From: Octopus vulgaris
Lineage: Eukaryota
NCBI GenBank assembly: GCA_951406725.2
Contig: OX597825.1
Span: 7,936,001 to 8,000,000 of the forward strand
Length of the DNA stretch: 64,000 bases
Reading direction: 5' to 3'
Shown here: one piece after another, positions 1-12,075 of the stretch
Layout of the letters: each line of letters begins with the position of its first letter
Position numbering within the stretch: the first letter of the stretch is position 1
Translations under genes and position numbers: made by a program
The notes under the pieces: generated by a model
The model's input: the letters and a program-made list of their open reading frames with translations, nothing else
Told to the model about the DNA's origin: nothing
Databases searched by the model: none

Positions 1-1087
1 TGAAATAGCTGCAAACTAAATTAGCATTCGCCAGCGAAATGATGATACTGATAATAATAATAATGTGGATGTCTACACAATTTTAATCTGAAGTTACATG
101 AAGTATGTAACCGTAACTTAGTCTGAATTTGCATTTTAACCAGGAGAAGTGTACAGGGGGAGAATCTATTGAGTGTGTTCAATTGTATGGCTTTGTTTTT
201 AGAATAATTTTGCTGCGTAGACATTGTTCTTATTCCTCTGGCGTCGATTAAATAATTATCGTTCCAAAACCGGGGTCGATTATATTAACTAATGAACTAA
301 TGACCTTTTAACAAAGAAAAAGGTTGCCTTTTTGCATATGCTAGAAATCATTATCAAGCGAACAATAAACCACCTGTCGCTTTGTAAATTGCGAGGTACA
401 AACACGATTGATTTTAATATATACATACAAGGTCTGTGATCTTACCGTTTTTAACATCCATTATACTTATTTTAACAGACATGTCTCGTAATGAATCATT
501 CTTACTTCTTTTAATGTGTCAATGTTAAGTGCAACTATGGTAAACATAATTACACTTCTTCAACATCTTGTCTGAAACACAGACGTGGCGTCAGAAGAAA
601 TCTAATGAGGTGTCTTGACTACGTTCGTTTGCACTCTTTAATACGATAACGCCTGTAAAAAGGTGTACAGAACACTGTCAGAACAGCATATCTTTCACTG
701 CAAAATCGCTGATAGATTTTTTTTTTTTTTATAGACAGACGGTAAGCTGTTACTGTATAGTAAATACCTATTGGTTGCAAAAGAGACTGAAATATAAGTC
801 ACCATTATCCGGTACCCATGTCTATCATGTGTAGCTCTAATTAACACATCATGTTACCATGTATTTGCATAATGTTAGTCTCACAAATATACACAAATGT
901 CAACTAATCTCAAGTAGGCGCGAATGGAATGTTAACTACAGAGAACAAAGTCAAAGAGTTTATACGACGATCAAGAAAACTCACGTGCATGTGTGTATAC
1001 ACACACACACACATATATAATGTATATGTATATATATAATATAATATATATATTTATATATATATTATATAATATAATATATATATG

Positions 1088-1138
<51 letters not shown>

Positions 1139-1176
1139 ATATATATGTATATATATATGATATAATATATATGTAT

Positions 1177-1340
1177 GCAGACATGGCTGTGTGGCATGTA
1201 CATATGGTTGCTTCCCAACCATATGGTTTCGAGTTCGATCCCACTGCGTGGCACCTTGGGAGTATGGCTTCTATTATAGCCACGGGCCCACCAAATCCTT
1301 TTGATATTGTAGACGGAGACTGAAAGAAGCCCGTCGTATA
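1177..1340 (+). mobile_element. SINE family A (tRNA-derived, CORE-like), partial copy
   Basis: TGGCTGTGTGG ... GAGTTCGATCCC (A/B-box-like), then GGCACCTTGGG; matches the fuller copy at 1963-2371. Confidence 0.8.
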
Positions 1341-1912
1341 TATTTAGCCATTTGACACAGCAGTCACACACACATACACACACATATAAATTTAATTTAC
1401 AATCATCGGAATACTTATTGGGTGCGCATGTATGTATATATTCTTTAAAGTTTCCTAATATTTATGTATCTATTCATTCATTCAATGGTTGAACGGTGTA
1501 ATGTGAAACCATTTGGAAAGTAGGATGCACTATTCACGAAGCTTTCTAATTGATTTGATAATAAGTTATTCCAGACAATATTGAGATGTACCATTTTCAT
1601 TCATGTATAACAATATGCCGCCTTGATTTGAAACCGGTATCATAAGAGTCAATGCAAAACAACCACCGTCCCTCGAGTCCGTCTGTAACTTCTGTCGTTT
1701 ATTATTTTAAAAATACCGATAAATACTCACGCTTTGTGTCCGCTTGCATCAACAAATTCTTGTTTGCATCACCAGATGTAAGTATGTATGTATGTATGTA
1801 TGTATGTATGTATGTATGTATGTATGTATGTATGTATGTATGTATGTATGTATGTATGTATGTATGTATGTATGTATGTATGTATGTATTTATGTATGTA
1901 TTTATATATAAA

Positions 1913-1962
<50 letters not shown>

Positions 1963-1964
<2 letters not shown>

Positions 1965-2371
1965 CGCAGGAGTGGCTGTGTGGTAAGTAGCTTGTTTAAC
2001 AACCACATGGTTCCGGGTTCAGTCCCACTGCGTTGCACCTTGAGCAAGTGTCTTCTACTAGAGCCTCGGGCTGACCAAAGCCTTGTGAGTGGATTTGGTA
2101 GACGGAAACTGAAAGAAGCTCATCGTATATATATATATATATATATGTATATGTGTGTGTGCGTGTATTTTTGTGTTTGTCCCCCTACCATTGCTTGACA
2201 ACCGATGCTGGTGTGTTTATGTCCCCGTCACTTAGCGGTTCGGCAAAAGAGACCGATAGAATAAGTACTGGGCTTATAAAGAATAAGTCCCGGGGTCGAG
2301 TTACTCGATTAAAGGCGGTGCTCCAGCATGGCCGCAGTCAAATGACTGAAACAAGTAAAAGAGTAAAAGAG
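1963..2371 (+). mobile_element. SINE family A, full length (tRNA head, CORE-like domain, internal (TA)n/(TG)n, AAGTAAAAGAGTAAAAGAG tail)
   Basis: A box TGGCTGTGTGG, B-box-like GGTTCAGTCCC, GCACCTTGAGCAAGTGTCTTC resembling the MIR/CORE domain; several homologous copies in the window. Confidence 0.9.
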
Positions 2372-2505
2372 TAAATACTCACGCTTTGTGTCCGCTTGCA
2401 TCAACAATTCTTGTTTGCATCACCAGATGTATGTATGTATGTATGTATGTATGTATGTATGTATGTATGTATGTATGTATGTATGTATGTATGCATTTAT
2501 GTATG

Positions 2506-2536
<31 letters not shown>

Positions 2537-2540
2537 GCGT

Positions 2541-2645
2541 CTGTCTTTCTACCGGTCTCTCTGTCCGTCTGTCTACCGGTCTCTCTGTCCGTCTGTCTAC
2601 CGGTCTCTCTGTCCGTCTGTCTACCGGTCTCTCTGTCCGTCTCTA
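2541..2645. repeat. 24-bp minisatellite (CTGTCTACCGGTCTCTCTGTCCGT) x~4
   Basis: Direct tandem repetition visible. Confidence 0.9.
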
Positions 2646-2722
2646 TCTATCGATCTTTCTATATATATTTATACACAAACAAACTCAAACACATACATAT
2701 ATAAGAACACGTGCACAGACAT

Positions 2723-2765
<43 letters not shown>

Positions 2766-3090
2766 AACGCACACATATAAATGCATACACATTCATCACA
2801 CACGCGTGGATGATGCCCACGTGAAATATTTATTCATTTATTCAATTACTTTCTCATTCATTTAACAGGTAAGCGGCTGCGTATTTCTCTGATATGTGGA
2901 CCTTTATGTTAATCTTCCCACAGAATCAACACGACACGGTTGGTTACAATATTTTGTCTTTAATTACCGACCAACCAGTTCTAGGTTTACAAATATCTTA
3001 TGCACCCCATAACATTTGCACCGTCGCCTATCCGTCTGCCTCACACCGTTTACAAGTATTTGTCAACTTGTGGTTATGGTACAAGCCTTT

Positions 3091-3298
3091 TAGAATGGCG
3101 CACTGAAATGTTCCTGTCTTTGAGTCAAAGAAAATATAGAAAAATCAAATAATTAGGATTTTATTCGGTATTTTTTTGTTTCGGATTCAAACACTTATTG
3201 CAGTGGTGCTCCACTCTTTCTAAGCCCTGTAAAATAAAAAATCGGAAGTTTGAGCCTCCAACCGGGCCTTTCGTGATACCCTCAAAGCCAGAAACTTT
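3091..3298 (-). mobile_element. Mariner-derived MITE, degraded
   Basis: Homologous to 58822-59025 and 36583-36803; minus strand reads QGLERVEHHCNKCLN, like a mariner transposase C-terminus; TIR remnants at both ends. Confidence 0.65.
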
Positions 3299-3617
3299 AT
3301 ATGTGTGCGTGTATGTGTGTGTGTAAACATAGATATCGAAATATATGCATAGGTGTGTAGTGTACCGCAAAACCAGTCATGTTACTAAAAGTTTTGGGCG
3401 TAATAAACATGTTAATAAACATGTTGAACGCTTATGTTTGGCTAGTTTGACACTGACACAAGATCTCAGCATAGGCCAGCATATATTGTTCGGGCTGCAG
3501 TATATATCAATAAGAATTTCAGAAAGCATAAACATAATTGGTATTTTTAAGCTTCAGAAAACATAAGCCCGTTTCCGCTTGCGGAAATCACGTCCTTTAT
3601 AGAAAGCTTGTAAATAA

Positions 3618-3848
3618 GGCGGCGAGCTGGCAGAATCGTTAGCACGCCGGGCGAAATGCTTAACTGCATTTCGTCCGTCTTTACGTTCTGAGTTCAAATT
3701 CCGCCGAGGTCGACTTTGCCTTTCATCCTTTCGGGGTCGATTAAATAAGTACCAGTTACGAACTGGGGTCGATATAATCGGCTTAATCCGTTTGTCTGTC
3801 CTTGTTTGTCCTCTCTGTGTTTAGCCCCTTGTGGGTAATAAAGAAATA
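3618..3848 (+). mobile_element. SINE family B (tRNA-derived), full monomer with 17-bp TSD
   Basis: GGCGGCGAGCTGGCAGAATCGTTAGCAC head, GAGTTCAAATTCC B box, central GTCGACTTTGCCTTTCATCCTTTCGGGGTCGAT; TSD AGAAAGCTTGTAAATAA at 3601-3617 and 3849-3865. Confidence 0.92.
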
Positions 3849-4211
3849 AGAAAGCTTGTAAATAACAATTTCGTTTCTGCGTTTCTAATTGATAGATAAT
3901 AAAGCTTCAATTTATAGGCTATAGTGTATTCAGAAATGTTCTGCAATACTCAATATATATTTTTTCAACCTAGAGTGAAGCATGAAAAACAATTAAATTG
4001 TGGAAAAATTCAATGAAATGTTATTTAAAAATATTTCCATAGTTTTCAAATGCAAGAGAAATTTTCCTTTCTTCTATCTGTCTGTCTGTCTCTCTTTTAC
4101 CCTTGTGAGGGCTTGATAGTAGGTAGTATGTAGTAGCAATCTTAAAAGAATATTTTATATGAGTTCTTGGTTTTGATTGTTTAAGCAGCAGTAGCCGAGG
4201 AGGGAGACGGC

Positions 4212-4487
4212 GAAGAAGAAGAAGAAGAAGAAGAAGAAGAAGAAGAAGAAGAAGAAGAAGAAGAAGAAGAAGAAAAAGAAAGAAGAAGAAGAAGAAGAAG
4301 AAGAAGAAGAAGAAGAAGAAGAAAAAAAAGAAGAAGAAGAAGAAGAAGAAGAAGAAGAAGAAAAAAAGAAGAAGAAGAAGAAGAAGACAAAGAAGAAGAA
4401 GAAGAAAAAAGAAGAAGACAAAGAAGAAGACGAAGAAGAAGAAGAAGAAGAAGAAGAAGAAGAAGAAGAAGAAGAAGAAGAAGAAGA
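4212..4487. repeat. (GAA)n microsatellite
   Basis: Direct. Confidence 0.95.
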
Positions 4488-4559
4488 CGGGAGTGGTATG
4501 ACAGCAGTAAGATGTTGGTGGAATCCTCTTGAATGGTCAAGTGACCTAAAAGTGACTTG

Positions 4560-5450
4560 TTGTGGTTGCAATAGTAGTGATTGGAATTCTTCTGAATAAA
4601 TTCATGGGTAGTGACTCTTCTGAATATATTATTTTTAATATTTGCGTGGGTATTATTCTAAGGCCCTTGTAGTAGTGTCATTTGTGGTGGACGCATTCAA
4701 AAGGGGTTTATATTTTGAGATTAAATATGACAGTTTGCTAATGCGCCAATTGCAGGTCTGTGTGTGTGTGTGTTTCTGTATATCGTTAAAACGTGAATTA
4801 CTTGAAACCAGGAAGAAACAAAATATTCGCTTATTAGGGTTTTTGAAAAACAGATATTTCAGACGATGACTACAGTATTATAATTATTGAAATATTTATT
4901 AGGGAAGAGGATTAAGAGACTGGTACACGAGAGAGTGCACTCCGACGGTATTACTAATTCAGAATGTTATGAGAGGTGAAAAAGAGGAATTTTATGCGAA
5001 GAGGGAAGAGAAAACGTTATTGATTTTGGTCGATATTCATGTTATTGGTTTTATGGTATTTAGGAACAGATTTTCGCTTATGAGTACATGGAGAATCTAA
5101 CTCTGTAATTATTCATATTTTTCGTTGGTGTGTCAGAATTGATCAAATTTCTAGGAGAAGGATAGCACTTCATTGCGTATTTCCTGTTGATTTAGTTAAG
5201 AGTTGGCGTTTATTAATGACATAATAACTACTATTAAAGACATAAACGCCAAGAGGTTGTATTATTGTTACCTGCAACCGCATCAAGTTTGCAATAAATA
5301 TTATGAAACAGAAACAATTGCCTGTTGCTAGCCCCGTGCCCAATCTGGGTTATAACATGTGTTATGTTTGTTATGGACGTCCGTCACACGTTCTGTACAA
5401 GATGAGTTTTATTTTTTCTCTGTAAGTCAGGAGGGAAAGAAAAGCTTATA
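4560..5450 (-). mobile_element. Highly decayed Neptune-type Penelope-like element, 3' part
   Basis: Minus strand near 4680-4735 reads SYLISKYKPLLNASTTND, similar to the C-terminus LFIIKYRPLLNGSTTNN of the element at 16297-16757; PGFK*FTF upstream parallels PNFRI; both are followed by a (TTC)-rich tract. Boundaries are approximate. Confidence 0.5.
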
Positions 5451-6156
5451 CTTAAAGTTCTTACCCACTTCCACTGGCTACTCATGGTGCTAAGTGGTGG
5501 TATTAGATTAAATTTACGTCTAAAAATAATCTTGGTGTTATTTGAAATCAAAAACCACAGAAACGGAACAATTAACCTAAGATTATGACCCATCGTTGAT
5601 TCTTTTTTGTCAACCCTTCAACTTAAAATGGTGAGTTTCATTCGAGCACCGATGTGATGAAAAATCAGAAATTCACTGCATTTGAAATTCAACCAAGAGC
5701 GCAGAGAATTGAAGCAAAATACGAACAAATCTGCCATTTTGCCGATCGTAGACACAAAATACAGGTAACAGTGAATTCATTTTGTATATCCTATATGTAA
5801 CGTTACGAAAATTCATATTCTATTTATCGAGAAATATACAGCCGCGAAAATGTTATTCCCAATTATTGCAACAAACTGTGATAAAAGGAAAAGTATGAAA
5901 TGGACGTCAAAACTAGAAGAATAAATGGTAAGAAAAATGCGTTAGATATATTAAGACCCTCTGTCAAGTGGCGAGATGCTTCTGCTACAAAAGTATTGTG
6001 ATATGATTAATGCAGTTCCTGTTAAAACTTGAAACTGCATATTTCTGAGTTGACTAAAACATTTTACACAAAAATACCAGCGGGTAAATCGGAAAATTCT
6101 GTAGTTTGTATGATTTCTCACTCAAATATTTCCTGATATAGCACCCGGAAGGAGAG

Positions 6157-6600
6157 ATGGACGAGGAGAGAGTGACCTCCTCCGAAAAAAAGGGGAGAAA
6201 AAGGAAGAAGGGGAGCAACAATGGTTGCTCTCCGAGAGGTCCCGAGGTTGCGGGAGGAAGCGAGATCCTGTTGGCGGGAATTGTGCCGCCAACGGTAGAA
6301 TTGACTACCACGACCCTGGAGGAAGACGAATTATTGATCTCCTACAGAGGTGGAGAGGTAGAAAAGGTAGTGGAAAAAAACTATAAGGAAATACCTTTAA
6401 CTTCCACACGGGAACTCGAATGGCCTCCGCAGATAGCTGTGGAGGCCATAACGTTGCCCGAGATACGAAGGCTGGAGGGACTCAAAGAGAAATATCGCTT
6501 GTGGCCGGGCGATGCCGACTCGGAACCCGCCTGGGTTTTAAACGAGTCGTGGGTAATGGCGAAGTATACAAGCACAAGCGATGTCGGGGAGAAAAATTGA
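6157..6600 (+). CDS. 147-aa GC-rich ORF of unknown identity (possibly a retroelement ORF1 C-terminus or an exon)
   Basis: Non-repetitive, purine/GC-rich open frame in an AT-rich background with a basic patch KKGRKRKK; no domain recognised. Confidence 0.4.
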   Translation: MDEERVTSSEKKGRKRKKGSNNGCSPRGPEVAGGSEILLAGIVPPTVELTTTTLEEDELLISYRGGEVEKVVEKNYKEIPLTSTRELEWPPQIAVEAITLPEIRRLEGLKEKYRLWPGDADSEPAWVLNESWVMAKYTSTSDVGEKN

Positions 6601-6624
6601 CAAGAGGTTGAAAAGCCTCAATGT

Positions 6625-6848
6625 AATATATATTTCTTTATTGCCCAAGAGGGGACAAACAAGGACAGATACACGGATTAAGTCGATTACAGCGACTCCA
6701 GTGCGTAACTGGTACTTTATTCATCGACCCCTAAAGGATGAAAAGCAAAGTCGACCTCGGTGGAATTTGAACTCAGAACGTAACGACAGACGAAATACTG
6801 CTATGTATTTCGACCGGCGCGCTAACGTTTCTGCCAGTTCGCCGCCTT
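6625..6848 (-). mobile_element. SINE family B with 14-bp TSD
   Basis: Reverse-complement match to 3618-3848; TSD AAAAGCCTCAATGT at 6611-6624 and 6849-6862. Confidence 0.92.
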
Positions 6849-6897
6849 AAAAGCCTCAATGTTATAAAGTTTAAATGTGTAAGAGGCTCAGCACCTC

Positions 6898-7083
6898 AAT
6901 TTGTAAATGGACTATTATGTCCAAAAATTGTAAAATCGAAGTAAGAGGTTCGTTACCTCGTTTTGTTTTTTGCATAAAATAATAATGTTTTAATTTGTAA
7001 ATGGACAATTAAGTCCAATAATTGTAAAACGTAAGTAAGAGGTTCAATACTTCGGTTTGTTTTTGTGTAAAAAATAATGTTTT
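6898..7083. repeat. ~93-bp tandem duplication containing short hairpins
   Basis: Two units starting AATTTGTAAATGGAC and ending AATAATGTTTT. Confidence 0.85.
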
Positions 7084-7224
7084 AGAGAAGCAAAATATCT
7101 GCGGGCGTTTTTTGTTTTCTCCCATTAATATCATTTTATTTCATTATTCATCTCATCAATGTTTCTGTCCAGCCCGCAAGCTACCCTGTATCATGCCTTT
7201 ATGGTAAACTTTTTTGAAATAATG

Positions 7225-7365
7225 TAGCTTGCTGACGGACCACATGGTTCCGGGTTCAGTCCCACTGCGTGGCACCTTGGGCAAGTGTCTTCTACTATAG
7301 CCTTAGGCCGACCAAAGCCTTGGGAGTGGATTTAGTAGACGGAAACTGAAAGAAGCACGTCGTAC

Positions 7366-7411
<46 letters not shown>

Positions 7412-7625
7412 ATATGTTTGTGTCTGTGTTTGTCTCCCCAGCGTCGCTTGACAACCGATGCTGGTGTGTTTACGTCCCCGTAACATAGCAGTTCGGCAAA
7501 AGAGACCGATATGATAAATCCTAGGCGTACAAAGAATAAGAGCTGGGGTCGATTTGCTCGACTAAAGGCTGTGCTCCAGCATGGCCGCAGTCAAATTTCT
7601 GAAACAAGTAAAAGAATAAAGAATA
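7225..7625 (+). mobile_element. SINE family A, slightly 5'-truncated
   Basis: Matches 1963-2371 throughout. Confidence 0.9.
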
Positions 7626-9149
7626 TTCCCAAGTTAAATAGCTATTTTTTAAAACACTGTAGATACTCGAGTTGCTAGAAATAGCAGCAAAGTTTCCTCT
7701 AAATCAGCGTTAAAGAAATTCAGTGACGAATAAAATGGAACCTGAGTGTTTAAAGTACAACTCAATTTTATATTAAATATGCATAAAAAATACTGGAACA
7801 AAATTAACAAAAGAAACATTTGTCATATTTATGATACAAGAAAATTTATTATGCATCAAATAAATGTTTATTAATTATTCTTAGAATATTTCAAATTTTA
7901 TCTCAGAAAATGGAATAAAATATACACTTTTAGAAAAATTTCATTTTTTCTACACAAATTTACTATTAAAGACCTAAACACCAAGAGACTGTATTATTAG
8001 TACATGCGACCACAACATGCTTGGCAAGGCGTTTACTTAGATTTCATAGTTTTTCACATCAACTGTACTTTGTTCAAACAATTTTTATGCAACCAACCAA
8101 AAATTATGAAATAAAATATCAAAAAAATCTAATTGCTGTTATATGTGTGATGCAAAAACAAACTATTTATTGTTCATATAATATTTATTAATCATATTTA
8201 AAATAATTTCAAATTTTAGAATAATATATGTAAATAATCAATATTCAGTTTTTAAAATTAAATATTTGTTGAACATTTTCTTTTCTTAACACTAATTTAC
8301 TATTTCGGAAATAAAAAAAAAAAATTAATAAAATCGTATTAATATTCTGTGCAATAGCAACGAAAAGCAAAATGTTTTCTTAGATTTCGTATTTTGTTTT
8401 AATCTGTCGCGATTACAGTTTGAGCAAAAATATATTTTATCAATAAACGATGAAATGTGAATGAGTAACACAAACTATTTCACAGAGAAGGAGCAAGAGT
8501 CAGACATCCTGTAACGAAATCGAGGATGAAAGAAAGAGATGGGGGAAAACTTAAATAACTAAAAGAATCTTTCAAAGACAAATACGAGAAAAACTTTCTC
8601 GAGATTATCAAGAAGACATTTTGACATTATCAAGAAGACATTTTGAATAATAATAAATAAAATAGAGATTTTCGGAAATAGCTTTCGCAACAGTAGCGAG
8701 AACGTATGCAGCCATAAACTGCTGCGTAGCACAGAACAGTACGACTACAGTTCTCGCAAGAACAACAATAACATAGTTTAGAAAGAGATACACAGCAGCA
8801 TTGTCAAGTTCACTGTGATTTTCTCCGGAGTAAATGCCACGGCTAATATTTTATATAGAAATTAATCGTCAAGTGAGAAGAACGCTACTGAAAGAGGTCT
8901 AGACGTAGCTGTCATAGTAATCTGTCAAAGTCGAGGCTATGTTGTTGTGAGGTGTCGTGATTCTAACGTGCTAATTAATGTTCAGGGGAGGTCACATTTG
9001 TTGCTCGTTGACAAGTTGTCAACTTCAGTTAATCCATTGCTCTATTTATCTAATTTACGTGATGAGCTACATAAAATTTTCATAGTTAATCCACCAGAGA
9101 CAATAATACTTGCGAAATAAAAATTGTTATCATACGTGAAGTCTGATGA

Positions 9150-11300
9150 CAAACGATGGCACAGTTTCAAGAGGCATTTCCGCTCACTGAAGAAACGGAG
9201 TTCTTTATAGATATTTTTGGCGAACCAAAAAATTCGCCATTCAGATTACAAACGTTTTTTACGATTCAAATTGGTTGGATTATAATGGAAGTAAATAATC
9301 TTGATATTATTAATTTCCGTCCGCTGCATTCTTCTTACTAAATCAGCAAATAGCAAATTACGCACAATTATTGCTGGTTGCTCAAAAAGAAATTGATGCT
9401 GGCACCGTACCAGGACATATTTCTGTTGGATTCTATCTTGACAACAGGGCGGATGGCAAACGTTGCGGGAGGTACAACTTGCATACATAGCATAATTATT
9501 TTTTATTTGGATACTTGGTAATGACAAGGAAAATATCAACCAGGTAAAGCTCTAAGCAGAGAATAATTAGTTAATAGTGAGAACATTAAGCTGCTCTCAG
9601 CAAGCATAAGGTCAAACGATGGGATGTGTTTCTTTTCTTTCTTCCGAGTGGTTTAGATGGATGGCATCTGAATATACTGAACCATCTGTGACAACAGAAA
9701 AGCGATATGCTTTTAGTCTTACGGGAAATGAAGAAAACTAAGTCGAGCAATATATTGCATCGCAGATACGACACTGTTTAATCCTACAGTTTTCTGCAAA
9801 CCAATGTGCCAGAGTCCAGTCTGTTCGCTTGCAGTATATTGAAAGCAATCACTGGCCCGTAAAAGCAGCTCTCTACAAAGATCTCGCAAATGTTGTCGTT
9901 GTACGTGAAATTAAACGGAAGGGAAGTCGGAACTTTCTCGCAAGTATATTTACAAGTAGTTCGACATATATAGCAATACACTACTAAGCTATTGTAAGGT
10001 AACTTCGGAATGCGAAGAGTTACCAAAGTGTGCTGGGGGTCGGGTGCACCTTCTGAAATATTGGAAGTTTAACCTTTAGCAATACTTAACGTTTTAATGA
10101 CTCATTATAGAAGAACTGAGTTCCAAAAGGCAAAAAGAAAAGAAGAAATTTACATAACTGTCATTTCTGTTTTGTAACAGGAAATTAAAACAAAACGAAG
10201 CAAGAAATCATCAATGTTGTTTCTGCTGAACTTTCCAAGCTCAAATTGCGCGTACTTCTGGTGTTTGTGGTTGGGTAAATAGCCTCATCTTACATGATCT
10301 GTTTGGGAAACAGAATGCATCAAGAATTACTGCTGTGAGGTCCTTTGAAGAACGTTAAATTGTGACAAATGTTATCATTGGTCACGCTAGTAATATGAAT
10401 GTTGAAAACAAGTCGCTTTGTACTTCCCGGCAAATCTTAGTTATATAAAATATACGAGGCCACATTAATGTGTGCATCTGTCAACGCTATCATATACTCA
10501 CATATGTACATATCCAAAGATGTGGAACATTCAATAATCTCGCTAGAAAAAGAACAAGATTGATGTTGTCCTCGTATTGGTAGTGAATGGCAGCAGAATA
10601 GTTTACTATAAAAATTGTATGCATATTGGTTCATTAGAATTATGGTAGATACTCTTCGAATTCCTCGTTTATCTTCAGATTGACATGCCTCTTGAATAAT
10701 GTATAAATTCTATCCAAACAACCCAGAAAATGCCGTTGAACATTCTCCAATCAAATGAATTTGTGACTTAGTTTCATAAAAATACTGGAGATGCAAATTG
10801 AGAAACATTATATACTGCAACTTCCTTGATGCTTATTAAACAAGGAACTCGTTGAATAAAACCTGGTGCAGAAAGACAAGCGACTAGATGTAATACCACA
10901 AACAAATCGGAAGAGTATATAGGCAGTCAACCTGTCGCAGAGAAAAATGTTCTCTTTGAGACAATTGCTTTATTATAGAGTTAGAGATAAAAGCTTTAGT
11001 GATTTGTCTACTGTCAACAATGCATACTGCAGAAGCTTCAAACGAGATAGCCAAATATTCGCTCTGTTCAAAAATGATTGAATCTAGCAAATGTTCGTGG
11101 ATGGAACTACGATAACTCATTTTATATAGAAACTCCAAAACTCATTCGTTACAATTTTTCAGTTCTTCTTTTCGCTAGATCGTTCAAATGGTTTGAAATT
11201 TCATATATAACGGAACTTTCAATGACTATTGAAATTGCAATGGAAACTGCCATCAAGGTCATATTCTGTGCACTGGACAACCAAACATTGGACAGCAGTG
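9150..11300 (+). pseudogene. Decayed Helitron RepHel (Rep domain and Rep-helicase linker), multiple stops and frameshifts
   Basis: Collinear Helitron motifs across shifting frames: GRYNL (~9467), LPSGLDGWHLNI (9641), RLQYIESN..ALYKDL..FLASIFTSS.TY (9825-9970), EFQK (10118), VVSAEL (~10215), HINV..CASVNAIIYSHMYISK (Y2-like motif, 10460-10520), QIGRVY..FSLRQLL..SFSDLSTVN (10903-11020). Confidence 0.85.
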
Positions 11301-11612
11301 TTGAGCAATTTCCAACAGTTAGGCAGCTGCGGACCATTAGCAATAAAATATAGCTGTTAACATACTCTAGGACCAGTTTTTATGATGCCGATGAATAAGT
11401 GCTAATGACAAAGTTGAAACACGGGCTCTTGTGTTTGCATACGGGCAATGACATGTTGGAATTAGCAGTCTTTCATCAAACGTTCTTAAGAATATTTGCA
11501 GACCAAAGAGAATTCAACCGTATAACTATAAACATATATCATAATGATGAATACAGAATATTGACTACGAAGTGTATAGAAATCATCTAAGAAAATTTTA
11601 GGTAAATAATAT

Positions 11613-11826
11613 TGGTTTCCAGTTTTGTCACAAGTTCAGTAATTTCACGAAAGGCGCGAGGCCGATTACATCGCCTACAGTGCTCAAACGGTACTTATTT
11701 TATCGATCTCGAAAGGATGAAGGTTAAGGTTGATCTCGGTGGAATTTGAACACAGAACATAAAGACGAGCGAAATGCCGCTAAGCACTTTACCCGGCGTG
11801 CTAACGATTCTGCCAGCTCGCCGCCT
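11613..11826 (-). mobile_element. SINE family B (alternative tail) with degenerate TSD
   Basis: Matches family B; flanks TTTTA(G/C)GTAAATAATAT on both sides. Confidence 0.85.
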
Positions 11827-11857
11827 TTTTTACGTAAATAATATGAAATGATTGTTT

Positions 11858-12075
11858 AAGGCGCTGCGCAGGCAGAATGTTTAGCACGAGAAACAGCTTA
11901 GCAGCATTGCGTCCGCGTTTGTGATCTGAGTTTAAATTCGGCCGTGGTTCGGCTTTGTCTTTCTTCCTTTCGTGGTCGATAAAATAAGTACCAGTCGAGT
12001 ACTGGAGTCGGCTTCATCGACTTTCCCCCTCCCCCATAGTTGTTGTGGCCTCATGATACAATTTAAAATCAATAT
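11858..12075 (+). mobile_element. SINE family B, diverged
   Basis: Head AAGGCGCTGCGCAGGCAGAATG and central CTTTCGTGGTCGATAAAATAAGTACCAGT. Confidence 0.8.

Noticed and set aside
1963-2040. tRNA-like A/B boxes here and in other repeats
   Set aside because: They are SINE heads without a complete cloverleaf and continue into SINE body sequence.
2541-2645. Regular short repeats (also 47766-47860) as a possible CRISPR array
   Set aside because: Directly tandem units with no unique spacers, no cas genes, and eukaryotic context.
3690-3760. GATGA/GAAA words in the SINE family B minus strand as a ribozyme
   Set aside because: Order and stem pairing do not fit a hammerhead topology.
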